From an uncultured delta proteobacterium (GTDB lineage: Bacteria; Myxococcota; Kuafuiibacteriia; Kuafuiibacteriales; Kuafuiibacteriaceae), in NCBI GenBank assembly GCA_963803435.1, contig CAWDML010000001.1, forward strand, positions 1,600,001 to 1,664,000: 64,000 nucleotides of DNA. The letters are read 5' to 3'. Shown here piece by piece: positions 28,724 to 39,667 of the stretch (position 1 is the stretch's first letter; each line of letters starts with the position of its first letter). The notes below the pieces were generated by a model. The model did no database searches. It was not told the origin of the DNA and saw nothing but the letters and a program-made list of their open reading frames with translations. The translations under genes were made by a program, and so were the position numbers.

Positions 28724-30511
28724 ATGACGGAGACTCCGAACTTCACGGCGCCGATCTGTGGAAATGCGCGTAGAACACCCCTGATGCCGGGGGGCGATCC
28801 GAGCAACCCGAGCGGCGGGGGGCCGCGGATCCACACGACCGGCGGGACGCCCATCCCGCACGTCGGTCGTGTCCTCGGCGATCGCTGGGAGGTCGGCGCG
28901 CGGATCGGCGTCGGCGGGATGGCGTCCGTGCACGCCGCGCACGATCGGCGTCTCGAGCGGCCGGTCGCGATCAAGATCCTCCATCACCACGTCGCGGAGA
29001 GCGCGGATGCACGCGAGCGGCTGGCTCGCGAGGCCCGCGCGATCGCGCAGCTCAAGCACGAGAACGTCATCGAGGTCTACGACTACTCGATCGACGATCC
29101 GGACTGCACGTGGCTCGTCACCGAGCTGATCGAGGGCTATTCGCTGCGCCAGTTCCTCGATCGCAGCGAGACGCCCCCGCCCGAGGTCGCGGTGATGATC
29201 GTCGCCGAGGTGGTCCGCGCGCTCAAGGCCGCCCACGCGGTCGGCGTCGTCCACCGGGACGTCAAGCCCGACAACATCCTGATCGGACGCTGCGAGGGCC
29301 GCCCGAAGCTCTCCGACTTCGGGATCGCGAAGGTCGTCAGCGAGTCGCCGATGACGATCACCGGCAATCTGGTCGGCTCGCCCAGCTACATGTCGCCGGA
29401 GCAGGCGGACGGGCAGCACACCGACCACCGCACCGATCTCTACAGCACGGGTACGCTCCTGTATCGGCTGGTCACCGGCACGCTCCCGTTCCGCGGCCTC
29501 ACGCCGATGGACACGATCCGCAAGGTCTCGACGGGACAGTACATCGATCCGATGGAGCTCCTGCCCGGATGTCCCAGCACGATCGCGGCGATCATCCGTA
29601 AGGCGCTCACGCCCAAGATCGACGAGCGCTACCAGTCGGCCGAGGAGATGCTGGCGGACCTGGGACAGGTGCTCCAGGACGCGGGCCTCTCGGCGACCTG
29701 GGACGAGCTTCCGAAGTTCTTCGCCCAGCCGGCGGCGTACTGGGACCTGCTCAAGCCGAGGCTCGCGCGGGACCTGGAGGCGCGGGGCAAGGCGCTGCTC
29801 GAAGCGGGCCAGGAGAGCCGCGCCGTCGACTGCTTCAACCGCGCCATCGCGCTCGGCGACGGCAGCCAGAACACGTTCGATCTGGTGCGGCAGCTCTCGA
29901 AGCGCCGCAACGCAGGGCGGGTCCGCCGCTTCGTGTGGGCCACCGCGCTCGCGGCCGGCGGCATCGCGATGATCACCGCGGTGCTGCTCGTGACGGATCT
30001 GCTGTCGTCGTCGCCGTCCAACCCGCCGCCGCCGGCGATGGCCTCGGAGCCGCCGCCGGCGCCGCCGATCGAGGTGGAGAGGGCGAAGCTGGCGCCGGAC
30101 GTCCAGCCGGTGCTCGAGGACCCGATGCCAGAGGCGCCCGAGGCCAAGGCGATCGACGCCAAGGCGTCGAGGACGGAGAAGGCGGAGAGCCCCCGGCGAA
30201 GGATGCCCCGCCGGGCGAAGAAGCGTTCGGCCCCTCCCCCCGCGCCGGAGCCGGTCGAGAAGGATCCGCCCAAGGACCAGCCCAAGACACTCTACGGGAC
30301 GCTGCAGGTCGGGAGTGACAAGTGGGTCGACGTCTACGTCGACGGCAACCGCGTGGGGCGGGCACCCGATCGAACCCAGTACCCGCTGACGCCGGGCGAG
30401 CACCGCTTGCGCGCCGAGAAGCCGAATTCCAATTGCCTCCCCTTCGAGAGGGCGTTCACAATCAGCGCCGGGGAGACGACCCGCGTTCGACTGAAGGTTG
30501 TCTGTCCCTGA
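28724..30511 (+). CDS. Membrane Ser/Thr protein kinase with C-terminal PEGA-like domain (start approximate)
   Basis: GVGGMASV, VAIK, HRDVKPDN, DFGIAK, GSPSYMSPEQ; TM helix; VYVDGNRVGRAP..LTPGEHRLRAE. Confidence 0.95.
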   Translation: MTETPNFTAPICGNARRTPLMPGGDPSNPSGGGPRIHTTGGTPIPHVGRVLGDRWEVGARIGVGGMASVHAAHDRRLERPVAIKILHHHVAESADARERLAREARAIAQLKHENVIEVYDYSIDDPDCTWLVTELIEGYSLRQFLDRSETPPPEVAVMIVAEVVRALKAAHAVGVVHRDVKPDNILIGRCEGRPKLSDFGIAKVVSESPMTITGNLVGSPSYMSPEQADGQHTDHRTDLYSTGTLLYRLVTGTLPFRGLTPMDTIRKVSTGQYIDPMELLPGCPSTIAAIIRKALTPKIDERYQSAEEMLADLGQVLQDAGLSATWDELPKFFAQPAAYWDLLKPRLARDLEARGKALLEAGQESRAVDCFNRAIALGDGSQNTFDLVRQLSKRRNAGRVRRFVWATALAAGGIAMITAVLLVTDLLSSSPSNPPPPAMASEPPPAPPIEVERAKLAPDVQPVLEDPMPEAPEAKAIDAKASRTEKAESPRRRMPRRAKKRSAPPPAPEPVEKDPPKDQPKTLYGTLQVGSDKWVDVYVDGNRVGRAPDRTQYPLTPGEHRLRAEKPNSNCLPFERAFTISAGETTRVRLKVVCP

Positions 30512-30518
30512 AGCGAAC

Positions 30519-31325
30519 GTGACGAACGCTCTTCTCATTCTGCACCTCGCGCTCGCATTTCCGGCGGCGGACGCGCCCGAGGAGATCTTCAAGAGCGCGA
30601 TCGAGGACTTCGAGTTCGGCGAGCACGCCTCCGCCGCCCAGAAGCTCCGCTCGATCCTCGAGCCGATCCGCCTGTCGAACCCCGAGGACGTGATCGTCGC
30701 GCGCCAGTACCTCGGCGCCTGCTATCACCTGCTCGACGATCTGGAGGCGGCCAAGAAGGAGTTCTCGCTCCTGCTCGCGCTCGATCCCGAGCATCGCCTC
30801 GATCCGGAGGTGTTCTCGCCGGCGGTGGTGCAGTTCTACGAGAAGGTGCGGACCGAGGCCGGCCTGGGGATGCGGAAGAAGGAGGACCTGGAGCCGCCTC
30901 CGCCGGCGCCGCCTCCGCCTCCACCCCCGCCGGCGGTCGTGAAGACCGAGATGATCACCGGCCGCTATCCGGCGGCGCTGGGGCTGATCCCGTTCGGCGT
31001 GGGCCAGTTCTTCAACTACCACCCGATCCGCGGCTCGATCTTCGCCGTGCTCGAGGTCGGCCTCCTCGCCACCTGCGGCACCACCTTCGGGCTCTACGGG
31101 AGCCGACGCTCGGCGGCGCTGCGGGACGGCCACGCGATGGAGACGGCCGACGGCCTGATCTTCAACGCAGGCTTCGAGGACGAGGCCTCCAGCATCCGCC
31201 GCATGCAGACGATCGCCTACGTGACCCTGTGGACCGGCCTCGCTGCGGTCGTGACCGGCGTGATCGAGGCGCTGATCAGCTATCCCGGCGACGCCGTCAT
31301 CGTCGAGCAGCAGCCGCCCCTCTGA
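30519..31325 (+). CDS. Exported TPR-like protein with C-terminal membrane segments
   Basis: ARQYLGACYHLL..EFSLLLALDPEHRLDPEVFSPAVVQFYEKVR; LIPFGVGQF; typical partner of myxobacterial kinases. Confidence 0.8.
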   Translation: MTNALLILHLALAFPAADAPEEIFKSAIEDFEFGEHASAAQKLRSILEPIRLSNPEDVIVARQYLGACYHLLDDLEAAKKEFSLLLALDPEHRLDPEVFSPAVVQFYEKVRTEAGLGMRKKEDLEPPPPAPPPPPPPPAVVKTEMITGRYPAALGLIPFGVGQFFNYHPIRGSIFAVLEVGLLATCGTTFGLYGSRRSAALRDGHAMETADGLIFNAGFEDEASSIRRMQTIAYVTLWTGLAAVVTGVIEALISYPGDAVIVEQQPPL

Positions 31326-33154
31326 TGGCCACTCTCATCCTCAAGCTCTCGCCCGAGCGGGTGGTGCAGCTCACCAAGAGCGTGACATCGATCGGCAGCG
31401 GTCTCACCAACGACGTGCGCATCAACGACGCCTCGATCCAGGAGCGGCACGCGCACGTGCTCCGCGATCGCAACGGCTTCCGCATCTTCGCCACCGACGG
31501 CGCGAAGATCGTGGTCAACGGCAAGCGCCGCAACGAGTGGTCGCTCTCCGAGGGGGACGAGATCGGCCTGGGGCACGTGATGATCGTGTACCGGACGCGG
31601 GATCTGCTCGACAACGAGGTCACCGATCCGGACGCCGTGAGGCCCGCACCCACGCCGCGGGTCCCCTCGAAGGTCGACCCGGACGCCTCGATCACCGAGT
31701 CGGTGCCCCTCGAGGCGTTCAAGAAGCTCTACCGCTTCAGCGCCAAGATCAACGAGGCCGAAACGCTCGACGACATCCGCCGCAACCTGGTGGACGCGGT
31801 GATCGAGCTGGCCCGGGCCGACACGGGCTTCCTCCTGATGATCAAGGAGGGGCGCGTCGAGGTGGACGTGGCGCGCGATCGCGTGGGCCGGGACCTGCCG
31901 TCCGAGGACATCAAACTCTCGGACTCGATCGTCGGCGACGTCATCCGCCGGCGGAAGCCGCTCCTGATCTCGGACGCGCTGGAGGACTCGATCTTCTCCG
32001 ACTCCCGCTCCGTGGTGAACTACCAGCTGCGCTCGGTGATCGCGGTGCCGATCGTCCACCGCGACGAGCTCCTGGGCGTGCTCTACCTCGGCTGCGACCG
32101 CAAGCCCTCGGCGTTCTCCGCCGAGTTCCTCGACATCCTGATGGTGTTCGCGGCGCAGGCCGGCCTGCTGGTGAAGAACGCGGTCCTGATCGAGGGCCTC
32201 CGCTCCGACAACGAAGCCCTCAAGATGCAGCTCGACAAGCAGGTCTTCGGCGAGATCGTGGGCGGCTCCACCTCGATGCACGGCGTCTTCAAGCTGATCT
32301 CGCGCGTCGCGCCGACCGACATCTCGATGCTGATCGTCGGTGAGACCGGCACCGGCAAGGAGCTCATCGCGCGGGAGATCCACCGTCGCTCCTCCCGCGC
32401 GGAGGGGCCGTTCATCGCCATCAACACCTCCGCGATCCCGGAGAACCTGCTGGAGGCCGAGCTGTTCGGCCACGTGAAGGGCGCCTTCACCGGTGCGCTC
32501 ACCGATCGGCGCGGCAAGTTCGTCGAGGCGAACGGGGGGACGCTCTTCCTCGACGAGATCGGGGATATGGCGCCCTCGCTCCAGGCGAAGCTGCTGCGCG
32601 TGCTTCAGGAGCGCGCGGTGGAGCCGGTGGGGAGCAACAAGACGCAGCCGATCGACATCCGGGTCATCGCGGCCACCAACCGCGATCTCGATCAGATGCA
32701 GGTCGAGGGGACGTTCCGCGCCGACCTCTTCTTTCGCCTCAACGAGGTGCAGGTCGTCCTCCCGCCGCTGCGCGAACGCGCCGATGACATCATCCTCCTC
32801 GCCACCTACTTTCTCTCCAAGCACAGCGAGCAAATGGGCCGGCGCTTCCGGAAGTTCACCGAGCGCTGCAATGCGGCGATGAAACGTTACCGGTGGCGCG
32901 GCAACGTGCGCGAGCTGGAGGCGCGAGTGAAGAAGGCCGTCGTGATGGCGGAGGGACCGGACATCGATCTCGCCGACATGGAGCTCGACGAGGGCGGAAT
33001 GACCGAGGTCCTGAACCTGCGGGACGCAAAGGAAGCGTACGCCCGCCGCTACATCCTCGAGGTCCTCGCGCTCAACGACGGCAACCGGAGCAAAACCGCG
33101 CGCGATCTCGGCATCGATCCGCGGACCGTCTACAAGTACGTCGAAGGCAAGTAG
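31325..33154 (+). CDS. Sigma54-dependent activator, FHA-GAF-AAA+-Fis HTH
   Basis: [21 protein letters not shown]; [12 protein letters not shown]; GETGTGKE; [13 protein letters not shown]; LFLDEIGDM; [12 protein letters not shown]. Confidence 0.95.
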   Translation: MATLILKLSPERVVQLTKSVTSIGSGLTNDVRINDASIQERHAHVLRDRNGFRIFATDGAKIVVNGKRRNEWSLSEGDEIGLGHVMIVYRTRDLLDNEVTDPDAVRPAPTPRVPSKVDPDASITESVPLEAFKKLYRFSAKINEAETLDDIRRNLVDAVIELARADTGFLLMIKEGRVEVDVARDRVGRDLPSEDIKLSDSIVGDVIRRRKPLLISDALEDSIFSDSRSVVNYQLRSVIAVPIVHRDELLGVLYLGCDRKPSAFSAEFLDILMVFAAQAGLLVKNAVLIEGLRSDNEALKMQLDKQVFGEIVGGSTSMHGVFKLISRVAPTDISMLIVGETGTGKELIAREIHRRSSRAEGPFIAINTSAIPENLLEAELFGHVKGAFTGALTDRRGKFVEANGGTLFLDEIGDMAPSLQAKLLRVLQERAVEPVGSNKTQPIDIRVIAATNRDLDQMQVEGTFRADLFFRLNEVQVVLPPLRERADDIILLATYFLSKHSEQMGRRFRKFTERCNAAMKRYRWRGNVRELEARVKKAVVMAEGPDIDLADMELDEGGMTEVLNLRDAKEAYARRYILEVLALNDGNRSKTARDLGIDPRTVYKYVEGK

Positions 33155-33180
33155 CGCCTGCGCAAGCGCTTCGGAGGTGA

Positions 33181-33196
33181 CGGCACGGCGATTGCT
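33181..33196 (+). promoter_or_regulatory. Sigma54 (-24/-12) promoter
   Basis: CGGCACGGCGATTGCT matches YGGCACG-N4-TTGCW; followed by GGAGG RBS and ATG at 33222. Confidence 0.75.
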
Positions 33197-33221
33197 CCTT
33201 TTCGTCTCCGGAGGTGAATCA

Positions 33222-33752
33222 ATGGCACGAGCAACCGAGATTGCGGGCGAGATCTTCGGGCGACTCCGCGGGATCGCGAAGCAGATCGTAGAGGGCGACG
33301 GCGGAATCTTCCGCGAGCTCGCCAAGGAGCACGGAGAGATCTCCGTGCTGATGAAGCGGCTCTCCTCCTCGTCCGACGAGGAGCTGCGCCGGGAGCTCTT
33401 CCCCAAGATCCGGGAGGAGCTGCTCGCCCATACGAAGGGTGAGGAGCAGGAGTTCTATCCCCTGCTCGAGAATCACGAGCCCTCGCGGGCGCTCGCGGCG
33501 CAGGCCCGCCGCGATCACCAGGAGATCGAGTCGATCCTCGAGCAGCTGCACATGAGCGGCTTCGGCGATCCGTCCTGGGGTCACCGGTTTGAGCAGCTGG
33601 TGCGGTCCGTGGAAGCGCACGTGCAGATGGAGGAGAATCAGCTCTTCCCGAAGGCGAAGGACGTGATGACGGCGCGCGAGATCAAGGAGAGCGAGAAGCG
33701 CTTCGTGCTGGCGCGCAAGCGAGAGCTCGAAGCGCTGGCGATGCCGCACTAA
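33222..33752 (+). CDS. Hemerythrin/HHE cation-binding protein
   Basis: LAKEH, HTKGEEQEFYP, RRDHQEI, HVQMEENQLFP. Confidence 0.88.
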   Translation: MARATEIAGEIFGRLRGIAKQIVEGDGGIFRELAKEHGEISVLMKRLSSSSDEELRRELFPKIREELLAHTKGEEQEFYPLLENHEPSRALAAQARRDHQEIESILEQLHMSGFGDPSWGHRFEQLVRSVEAHVQMEENQLFPKAKDVMTAREIKESEKRFVLARKRELEALAMPH

Positions 33753-33779
33753 CTGATATGGAACGACCCCTTGTCAAGG

Positions 33780-34248
33780 CTCCTACGTCACGTTCGGAGC
33801 TCCGTTCTTCTTGCTGAGGACGGAGGCTCCAGAGGACGAACGAGATCGGGGGCGCTTCGACGACGAGTCACTCTGATATTCGCGGATTACTCGAGCATCG
33901 CCCGAGCAGAGCCCAGCATGACCGTACTCCGTCGGGAGGCAGCGCAGTCCAAGTTCGCGAGTCCGGGGAGCACGGCTCCCGTGTCGCAGTGTTAGGTCGC
34001 GCACCCTCCGGATCGTACCCGTTGACCTCATTCGCCCTCTGAAACCTCCGTCGTTGCTTCTCTCGATTGCAGGTTAGCTTGCGCGGCGTCTCCAACGAAC
34101 GGAGCTCCGCGCTTCGCATTGCTCGAAGCAGAGGCTGGCCGCCTCAGGGCGGAGGCGGGAAGAGCGACATCCCCAAAAATGTCGCCCCGCCGGAGCCCCT
34201 TCGCCAGGAGCACAGCGCTCCGTCGGCCAGCCGGTCGACCGTGGCACT
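33780..34248 (-). ncRNA. Putative bridge/seek RNA region of the IS1111 element (exact bounds unknown)
   Basis: About 480 bp non-coding region downstream of the transposase with nested stems; contains CTGATAT (33873-33879), identical to the element end (33753-33759). Confidence 0.55.
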
Positions 34249-35436
34249 CTACGCGGCATGCTTTCGTGCCTCCTCGAGCACGGCGGCTCCGCTCGCGATC
34301 GGCGCACCCTTCTTGCGCCTCGGTTCGCGCAGCTCGACTGTCTCGGAATGACATAGCGTCGCCCAGATGAAGCCGGCGAGCTCGCGCGCGACTGCGACCA
34401 CCGCCTTCGTATGCGGCTTGGTCAGGTTCACCAGCTTCCAGTAGCGCCGATGCAACCTATCCTGCGCCCGATCCGCCTGCGCGATCGCCCAGGCCGGTTG
34501 ATTCTCGCGCCGCTTCCGTAGCTTCGGACTCGCGCTGGGTCGATGACGGTAGTGCCACGACGTCTCGATCAACAGGCGCCGCAGATGACGGTTGCCGGTC
34601 TTGGTGATCCCTCGACGGCGCGCCTTTCCTCCCGTCGACTCTTCACCCGGCACAAGACCGAGATAGCACATCAACGCGCGCGCCGACGGGAACCGCTGGA
34701 CGCCGTGCAGCTCGGCAACAATGGTCATGGCGGTCACCGTGTCGATCCCTCGGTAGCAACGCAGCCAGCCGACCGGCTCTCGATACGGCTCCTTCTCGCT
34801 CAGCGTCTTCAGCTTCTCCTCCAGCGCGCGCTGCCGTTCCTCGAAGCTCTCGATCACCTGGAGGTAGTGGTCGAACACCGTCTGATCGGCCTCGTGCTCG
34901 AAGCGAAGCGTGCGAAGCCACTTTCGATGTCGCTGGGTCCACGCCTTGCCATCGAATTGGAGCGCTCGGCGCAACAGCAACTTCCCCAGACGATGCCGCG
35001 CGCCATGGAGATCTTCGCGAACGTCTTCGCGACAGCGACAGAGATCTCGCACGGCTTCCTCCGCCTCGTTCGGTGGATGGACCTCCGTCAACGTTCCGGC
35101 GCGCAGGTACTCAGCCAGCTTCTTGGCGTCACGACGATCGGTCTTGATCCGTTCTCCCGGTTTCACCGGAATCCACGATGGCGCAATGACCTTGCACCTC
35201 ACCTCCGCCGCCTGAAACTGCCGCTGAAGCGCGTAACCGCACGGTCCCGCTTCTTAGCAAACCACCAGGTCCCCAAGCACCGCCTCCCCCTTGAGCCGCT
35301 TGATCAGGCGCTTCACCGCCTTGGCTTGGTTGGGCTCGCGCCACTGGATCGCTCCCTCGCGATCCGGACGAAGCACGCAGACGTCGATGAACTCCTTCGA
35401 TGTATCCAGTCCGACGAACGTGGTAACTTGCTGCAC
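34249..35436 (-). pseudogene. IS110 DEDD transposase with an in-frame TAA at 35254-35256
   Basis: AGGAGG RBS + GTG; FVGLDTSK; C*EAGPCGY (normally CYEAG); RIKTDRRDA; GIDTVTAMTIVAE; YLGLVPGEESTG..ITKTGN. Confidence 0.93.
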
Positions 35437-35641
35437 GACCGGCCTCCTTCGTATGCGGCTCTGGCGTTCACCGACGCCAACCCGCGATGGCTTAGGCCCG
35501 ATTTGCGATCCGGGGCCGGTCCTATTTTTCTTCTGCGCTACTCGCGCCCGCGACTTTTCGCACTTCCGCTGTACCCGTGGCACGACCGTTCTCCTTCGCC
35601 GGCCTCGCGACCGGGCGCGGTCGTTCCATATGGTCTAAGGC

Positions 35642-36382
35642 TCAGCCTGGCGAGCCGACCCGCGCCTCTCGGAGGATCTCGAGCATGCCTCCGACGGCCT
35701 TCTCCATCCCGACGATCATCGCACGCGCGACGATCGCGTGGCCGATGTTCAGCTCCTGGATCTCCTGGATCCGCGCCACCGGGATCGTGTTCTGGTAGTG
35801 GAGCCCGTGGCCGGCCGCGACGCCCAGCCCCAGCTTGGCGGCGGTCTTGGCGGTGTTCTGGATCCGCATCAGCTCCTCGTGACGCTCCTTGAAGCCGCGC
35901 GACTCGCAGTAGCGTCCGGTGTGGATCTCGATCGCGTGGGCGTCGATCTTGTGGGCGGCCCGAACCTGGTCCAGGTCCGGATCGATGAAGAGCGACACGC
36001 GGATGTTCCCCTCCTGGAGGAGCCGGACCGAGCGCTGGATTTGATCCCGGTGCTGCGCCACGTCGAGCCCGCCCTCGGTGGTGAGCTCCTCGCGACGCTC
36101 GGGCACCAGCGTGACGGTGTCGGGGCTGTACTTGAGCGCCATCGCCACCATCTCCTGGGTCGCCGCCATCTCCAGGTTCAGCTCGGAGGTGACGGTCTTG
36201 CGCAGGATGGCGACGTCGCGCTCCTGGATGTGGCGCCGGTCCTCGCGCAAGTGGATCGTGATCTGATCGGCCCCACCGCGCTCGGCAATGAAGGCGGCCT
36301 CCACGGGATCGGGGTAGAGGGTCCGGCGCGCCTGACGGAGCGTGGCGATATGGTCGACGTTGACGCCCAGCCGCGGTCTCAC
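35642..36382 (-). CDS. pdxJ: Pyridoxine 5'-phosphate synthase
   Basis: [56 protein letters not shown]. Confidence 0.97.
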   Translation of the reverse strand: MRPRLGVNVDHIATLRQARRTLYPDPVEAAFIAERGGADQITIHLREDRRHIQERDVAILRKTVTSELNLEMAATQEMVAMALKYSPDTVTLVPERREELTTEGGLDVAQHRDQIQRSVRLLQEGNIRVSLFIDPDLDQVRAAHKIDAHAIEIHTGRYCESRGFKERHEELMRIQNTAKTAAKLGLGVAAGHGLHYQNTIPVARIQEIQELNIGHAIVARAMIVGMEKAVGGMLEILREARVGSPG

Positions 36383-37737
36383 GCTCCGATCTCCTTCTCG
36401 ATCGCCTCGGCGATCTGCTCCGCGTACTGCCGGGTGAGCGAAGCGTCGGGGCCCTCGACCATCACGCGGGCCTTGTTCTCGGTCCCGCTGTAGCGCACCA
36501 GCACTCGACCGTCCGAGCCCAGCGAGCGCTGCACCTCCGCGATCAGCCGGCCCGTCGCGGACAGGGTCTCGATCGGAGGCTTCCGGGTGACCTTCACGTT
36601 GATCAGGTGCTGCGGTGAGCGCTCGAAGATCTGCTTGAGCTCCGAGATCGGCTTCCCCGAGCGGACGACCACCTCGAGCAGCCGGAGCGCGGCGATGCTG
36701 CCGTCGCCGGTCGAGCTGTAGTCGAGGAAGATCAAGTGCCCGGACTGCTCCCCGCCGAACGTGTAGCCGCGGGCGCGCATCTCCTCCACCACGTAGCGAT
36801 CCCCGACCTGCGTCCGCACCACCCGTCCGCCGACCTGGGCCAGCGAGCGCTCGAGGCCGATGTTGGACATGACGGTGGAGACCACGGTCCGGTCCTTCAG
36901 CAGGTCCTTCTCGATCAGGTCGCGCCCGCAGATCGCCATCACCGCGTCGCCGTCGACAACGTCGCCCTTCTCGTCCACCACGATGACGCGATCGGCGTCG
37001 CCGTCGAGCGCGATGCCGGCGTCGGCGCCGTGCTGCCGGACCAGCGCCTGAAGCTTCTCGGGGTGGACCGCGCCGCAGCCCGCGTTGATGTTGCGTCCAT
37101 CGGGCGCCACCTCGACCGCGACGACGTCGGCGCCCAGCTCGTTGAAGATCGTGGGCGCGACCTTGTAGGCGGCGCCGTTTGCGCAGTCGACCACCAGCTT
37201 GAGGCCGTCGAGCCCGAGCTTGGGATCGAAGACATTCTTGACGAACTGGGTGTAGCGCCCGCGCGCGTCCTCCATCTTCACCGTCTTGCCGATGTCGAGC
37301 GCCGTGGGCCGGATGGCGTCGATCTCGCCCGACTCGAGCAGCGCCTCCATCTCGGCTTCGATCTCGTCGGCGAGCTTGAAGCCGTCGGGTCCGAAGAACT
37401 TGATACCGTTGTCCTGGAACGGGTTGTGGGATGCGCTGATCACGATGCCGGCGTCCGCCCGCATCGTCTTGGTGAGAAAAGCGATCGCGGGCGTCGGCAT
37501 CGGCCCCACCAGCACGACGTCCACTCCGAAGGAGCACACACCGGAGGAGATGGCGAGCTCCAGCATGTAGCAGGACAGGCGCGTGTCCTTGCCGATGATG
37601 ATGCGGTGGCGATGGGCGCCGCGCTTGCTGATATGGGCGATGGCGCGCCCCAGCTTCAGCGCGATCTCGGCCGTCATCGGGTGCTCGTTGGCGACCCCGC
37701 GCACCCCGTCGGTGCCGAAGAGCTTTCTCTCGACCAC
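36379..37737 (-). CDS. glmM: Phosphoglucosamine mutase
   Basis: [51 protein letters not shown]. Confidence 0.97.
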   Translation of the reverse strand: MVERKLFGTDGVRGVANEHPMTAEIALKLGRAIAHISKRGAHRHRIIIGKDTRLSCYMLELAISSGVCSFGVDVVLVGPMPTPAIAFLTKTMRADAGIVISASHNPFQDNGIKFFGPDGFKLADEIEAEMEALLESGEIDAIRPTALDIGKTVKMEDARGRYTQFVKNVFDPKLGLDGLKLVVDCANGAAYKVAPTIFNELGADVVAVEVAPDGRNINAGCGAVHPEKLQALVRQHGADAGIALDGDADRVIVVDEKGDVVDGDAVMAICGRDLIEKDLLKDRTVVSTVMSNIGLERSLAQVGGRVVRTQVGDRYVVEEMRARGYTFGGEQSGHLIFLDYSSTGDGSIAALRLLEVVVRSGKPISELKQIFERSPQHLINVKVTRKPPIETLSATGRLIAEVQRSLGSDGRVLVRYSGTENKARVMVEGPDASLTRQYAEQIAEAIEKEIGA

Positions 37738-37746
37738 GCGAGACCC

Positions 37747-38613
37747 TTATTCCCGGCGGCCACCGATCGCAAGCCAGGCGTCGGCGACGGCCACCACGTC
37801 GACCATGGGTCCCACGTCGTGCACGCGGACGATGTCGGCCCCGGAGGCGATCGAAAGGGCCACGCTGGCGGCGGTCCCGAACAGGCGATCCTCGACCGCC
37901 CTGCCGGTGATCGCGCCCAGGAAGGACTTCCGGCTGGTGCCCACCACCACCGGGCGCCCGAGCGCCCGCAGCTCCGAGAGCCGGCGCAGGAGCTCCAGGT
38001 TCTGCGCGACCGTCTTGCCGAACCCGATCCCGGGATCGACCGCGATCAGGGCCTCCGAGACACCGGCGTCGATTGCAAGCTGGATTGACAGGGCCAGGGA
38101 ACGCGTCACCGCGTCCACCACGCCGCCCTCGTAGACCAGCTCGCCCTCCTGCATCTCCTGGGGCCGACCGCGCGTGTGCATGAGGACGAGCCCGGCCTGC
38201 TGCTCGGCCACCACGCGGGGCATGTCGGGGTCGAAGCGCATGGCCGAGACGTCGTTGACGATGCGGGCGCCGCGATCCAGGGCCCGCAACGCAACTTGCG
38301 CCTTGGTCGTATCGATCGAGAGGGGACCGACCCCGGCGGCGGAGAGCCGCTCGATCACCGGGAGGACGCGGCCGAGCTCCGTGCTCGCGTCGATGGGCGG
38401 GGCTCCCGGGCGGGTCGACTCGCCGCCCACATCGATGAGGTCGGCCCCGGCGTCCATCATGGCCAGGGCCCGATCCAGGGCCCGGCCCGGATCGTCGAAG
38501 CGGCCGCCGTCCGAAAAGGAATCGGGCGTCGCATTCAGGACGCCCATCACCAGGGTGCGAGCGCCCAGATCCGGAAGGATCTCGCGGAGGTGCCTCGCCA
38601 TGGGAAACGACAT
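37747..38613 (-). CDS. folP: Dihydropteroate synthase
   Basis: MGVLNATPDSFSDGG, IDVGGESTRPG, SIDT, DPGIGFGK, GTSRKSF, IVRVHDV; AGGAGG RBS. Confidence 0.96.
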   Translation of the reverse strand: MSFPMARHLREILPDLGARTLVMGVLNATPDSFSDGGRFDDPGRALDRALAMMDAGADLIDVGGESTRPGAPPIDASTELGRVLPVIERLSAAGVGPLSIDTTKAQVALRALDRGARIVNDVSAMRFDPDMPRVVAEQQAGLVLMHTRGRPQEMQEGELVYEGGVVDAVTRSLALSIQLAIDAGVSEALIAVDPGIGFGKTVAQNLELLRRLSELRALGRPVVVGTSRKSFLGAITGRAVEDRLFGTAASVALSIASGADIVRVHDVGPMVDVVAVADAWLAIGGRRE

Positions 38614-38730
38614 CCTCCTTCCGCCTGGACGGGTACGCAAGGCACCCGTCACCTTCCTTGTGGATGAGGCGACGACATTCGCCGATCGACCGAAGACAAG
38701 ATCGCAACGGCCGCACTTAAATGTACGCAA

Positions 38731-39582
38731 GTGTCGGGTCGTAGGTTCAGCAGGATCGAGGAGCCCTTGCTTCGGCAGACGGCCTTCTCGATCGAGCAGA
38801 TGGCGCCGGGAGGAATCGAGCGGGGCGAGCCCGGCCTCATCCGCAAGGGCGACATCGAGCGCGCGCTCGGACGCCTGAGCGAGCTGATCGGACGGCCTGG
38901 CGGAAGCACCAGCAAGAAGAGCGCGATCAAGATGGTCCTGGAACGGACGCGCGCGCTCGAGCAGCTGCTCGACGTCGAGTCCACCGAGGCCGTCGTCTAC
39001 CTCGACGACGCCGAGTTCGGGCTGCAACCCCGCTTGCGGAGCGCCGCCATCGAGATCGACTTCTGCTTCGGCGACAAGAACGGCGCGGTCGGCCTCGAGG
39101 ACATCCGCGAGGCCCGGCGCCACTACGGGCAGGTGCGCGGGCCCGTGGGCTGGAACCGCCTCCTGCTCACCGACGAGATCGAGCGCCGCCTCTTCCCAGA
39201 GCGCACGCTCCGCACCACCGAGGGCCTGCGCCTCCTCCCCGAGGACTGGCTGGCCGGCCCGCCCGATCCGCTGGCCCGCCTCAAGAAGGTCTGCCGCTAC
39301 CTCGACGACTCCGCCCTGGCGCGGACCTATGCGGACATCGCCGCCCGTCTCGCCACCGTGGCCAGCCGCGATCCGCAGTCGGAGCTCTCCCAGGTCTTCG
39401 AGTCGGCGCTGGTGCTCCTCGGCGGCGAGATCCGCCAGCGCAACAGCGTTCGCCCCACGATCACCGACATCGCGCGCATCGGATGCGAGGACCCGGAGGT
39501 GAAAGAGTGGCTCCGGACCCCCATCGAGATGTCCCGGCGCCTCCATCCTGATCGGCTGCTGGATCGCTATCTGCTGAACTGA
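38731..39582 (+). CDS. Hypothetical protein (start may be ATG 38800)
   Basis: Host-like codon bias; no recognised motif. Confidence 0.65.
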   Translation: MSGRRFSRIEEPLLRQTAFSIEQMAPGGIERGEPGLIRKGDIERALGRLSELIGRPGGSTSKKSAIKMVLERTRALEQLLDVESTEAVVYLDDAEFGLQPRLRSAAIEIDFCFGDKNGAVGLEDIREARRHYGQVRGPVGWNRLLLTDEIERRLFPERTLRTTEGLRLLPEDWLAGPPDPLARLKKVCRYLDDSALARTYADIAARLATVASRDPQSELSQVFESALVLLGGEIRQRNSVRPTITDIARIGCEDPEVKEWLRTPIEMSRRLHPDRLLDRYLLN

Positions 39583-39667
39583 GCCGAGCAGGGCGACCCC
39601 GCCCCACATCCGGCGATCGTCGAGTGGCACTCCATGCCAAGCCCCCTTCACAGTATGGATCGGAACG

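Larger units (their letters stand above)
33753..35638 (-). mobile_element. IS110-family element, IS1111 subgroup
   Basis: 13-bp sub-terminal IRs ATATGGAACGACC (33756-33768) and GGTCGTTCCATAT (35619-35631); CTAA at both junctions (33749-33752, 35635-35638); outward TTGACA at 33772-33777 (minus strand); long non-coding region 3' of the transposase. Confidence 0.88.

Noticed and set aside
28199-33406. Long antisense ORFs (797 aa, 708 aa) and similar ones elsewhere
   Set aside because: Mirror frames of well-supported sense genes, with no motifs of their own.
35254-35256. Stop-codon recoding suggested by in-frame stops in both transposases (also 4315-4317)
   Set aside because: The codons differ (TAA, TGA), occur only in IS genes, and host genes use these stops normally; decay or sequencing error is simpler.
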